A DNA stretch of 64,000 nt, from NCBI GenBank assembly GCA_040954595.2, contig CM082587.2:9243403-9307402 (forward strand), read 5' to 3'. Shown here piece after piece: positions 48,808-64,000 of this stretch; positions within the stretch are counted from its first letter, which is position 1; each line of letters opens with the position of its first letter. A program made the translations under genes and the position numbers. This DNA comes from Balanoglossus misakiensis (Eukaryota; Animalia; Hemichordata). Below the pieces are notes generated by a model. The model was given only the letters and a program-made list of their open reading frames with translations. It did not search any database and was not told the DNA's origin.

Positions 48808-50135
48808 TATTTTAGTCTTCCACTCCAGTTTGTTATTTTGGCAAGCAACTGCATAAAAACATTGAAAATGACATGTACATCAGGAATGACATTGAACTCC
48901 TTCAATTATCACCAAGGTACATTATAGGGATAATGAAGAGAGCAAATTTGATGATCAAATTATATTACATTTGAAAAGTGCAAATAATAAAATTTGTTTC
49001 ACCGTCACCAGAAGATTTATATTTTTACATTAGTGCTGCTTCAGTATTTCACGATCCCTTTAGATTTTAGGGAAACTGTATGTAAAGGTAATAACACAAC
49101 ACTCCATCATAATCTCAGGATATAATGACATAAGTGCATTGCCAAAGATATGCCACAGCGACAGGCCCTGACACATAGTTGACAGAGGTTGGTAGGGACT
49201 ATGGCCCGTTGTGAGGGGATATAGCCCGCTGGTCAGAGAGCACCAGTCATGTGTTCCCAGCAGTCAGAATGCAGTTCTGTACTATCATTCATGCCTGTCA
49301 TACAATGTAAAGCAAATTTCAGACCCTGTGACACTAGCTGCAATGATTGTAGCAGGTGCTGCTAGGTTGACTGGAGTTCGTAGCCCTACCCAGTCAAACT
49401 CACAGCATCTGCTACAATCATTGCAGCTACTGTGACACATGCTTTTTTAAAAGGAGAATGTATGGTCAAGCAAACTGTTCCCATAACTCCCTATTTGCAG
49501 GTGAGATTGTCTTGTGAAGAGATTGTCAATCCTAGCTGTGGTACGCAGCTGTACCGTGTGTGTGTGTGTGTGTGGGGGGGGGGGGCTGATTACCCCCACG
49601 GACAATCAGCTCCCCCCCCCCCCCACGAGAACTTAAAAAATATGACTCTGCAAACCTCAAACCGCACACATTATACTAGACAAAATCTCGAGCTGCAGCT
49701 ACGTTTCGCCAAGAAATCCCAATTATCTACTATACCTGACTGTACAACTGAACTACATGTTCTACCACAGTGGCACTGTACCAGATTCGTAATCATAAGT
49801 TCGGTTGCACATTGCAATATTTGCTGAATTGACTAGATTTCTCACTTGTATTCTTTACCAACTAGCTACCACCCCTTGAATCGTTTCATTGTGGACGTAA
49901 CTAAAATCAGAAAACTTCCAACTGAGAAATTCGGACAAGGATACGATCCCCATTTAGTCTTTAGAAATGCAACACCGAACGACGGTACAGCCAGCCAGCA
50001 GCTGACACAGTGACAGCGCGCAAGGTTCATGACTAATAACGTATTTTTGTGCCCCGTAAACAAGTAGGCTCGAAAATAAACACCTTTCGGAGTCAGTCTG
50101 AGCATACGGAATTGAACATTTCACTTGTCGATTAC

Positions 50136-50471
50136 CTTTTCGCGTAGACAACACTTCCACAACAACAAAATAACCACTTCCTACTTCGCAATTACAGTCA
50201 CGTAATATTCACAGCGCATGCGCGCAAGCGTGCCCTCAACTTCGGAATATTTCGGATGTTGGAAGTTTCGCCTACGGATAATTCCGAATGCTATTCGGAA
50301 TAACTCGTCCATATCCGGTGAACGTAGCCAAGATGGCGGTGTAAGCAAAGTCCCCATCTTCACTGTGTCTTCTCGAGAGGACCGAGGACATTTAAAGAAA
50401 ACAACAACTATCTTTCGTCCGAAAATTTTAAATTGCCTGGCGTATCTAATCACCATTACGTCCGAATTACC
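50136..50471. promoter_or_regulatory. Putative bidirectional promoter shared by GID8 (-) and ARHGAP39 (+)
   Basis: CpG-rich segment between divergent genes. NRF1-type palindrome GCGCATGCGC at 50214-50223; YY1-type CAAGATGGCGG at 50329-50339; repeated TTCGGAAT/ATTCCGAA motifs at 50240-50302; minus-strand donor (gtaat) at 50135. Confidence 0.7.

Positions 50472-64000
<13,529 letters not shown>

Overview
AT-rich, intron-rich animal genomic DNA, not prokaryotic. It is probably an invertebrate deuterostome such as a hemichordate or echinoderm; this is inferred from gene and repeat style only. Four spliced genes can be rebuilt by hand with phase-consistent splice sites: complete CNOT11 (-, 11 coding exons, 438 aa); a large NWD1/NWD2-like STAND NTPase (+, 22 exons, about 2190 aa; DUF4062/TIR-like domain, NACHT, WD40); complete GID8/TWA1 (-, 4 coding exons, 229 aa); and the 5' part of ARHGAP39/Vilse (+; WW-WW, polyQ linker, MyTH4, start of RhoGAP), which lies head-to-head with GID8. 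Highlights: (1) a U12-type AT-AC minor-spliceosome intron in ARHGAP39 (62305-62863) that contains a possible competing RNA stem; (2) a TTAA-flanked Kolobok-type element that keeps convergent THAP-like and KolX-like ORF stubs behind mirror-image promoter motifs; (3) 20-29 bp palindromic insertions with 7-bp target-site duplications (TSDs); (4) 66-85 bp TAG...CTA hairpin elements with perfect 9-bp TSDs; (5) many other MITEs and one tRNA-derived SINE. No convincing intact gene was found between about 9.7 and 21 kb. All family assignments are by motif recognition, without database searches.
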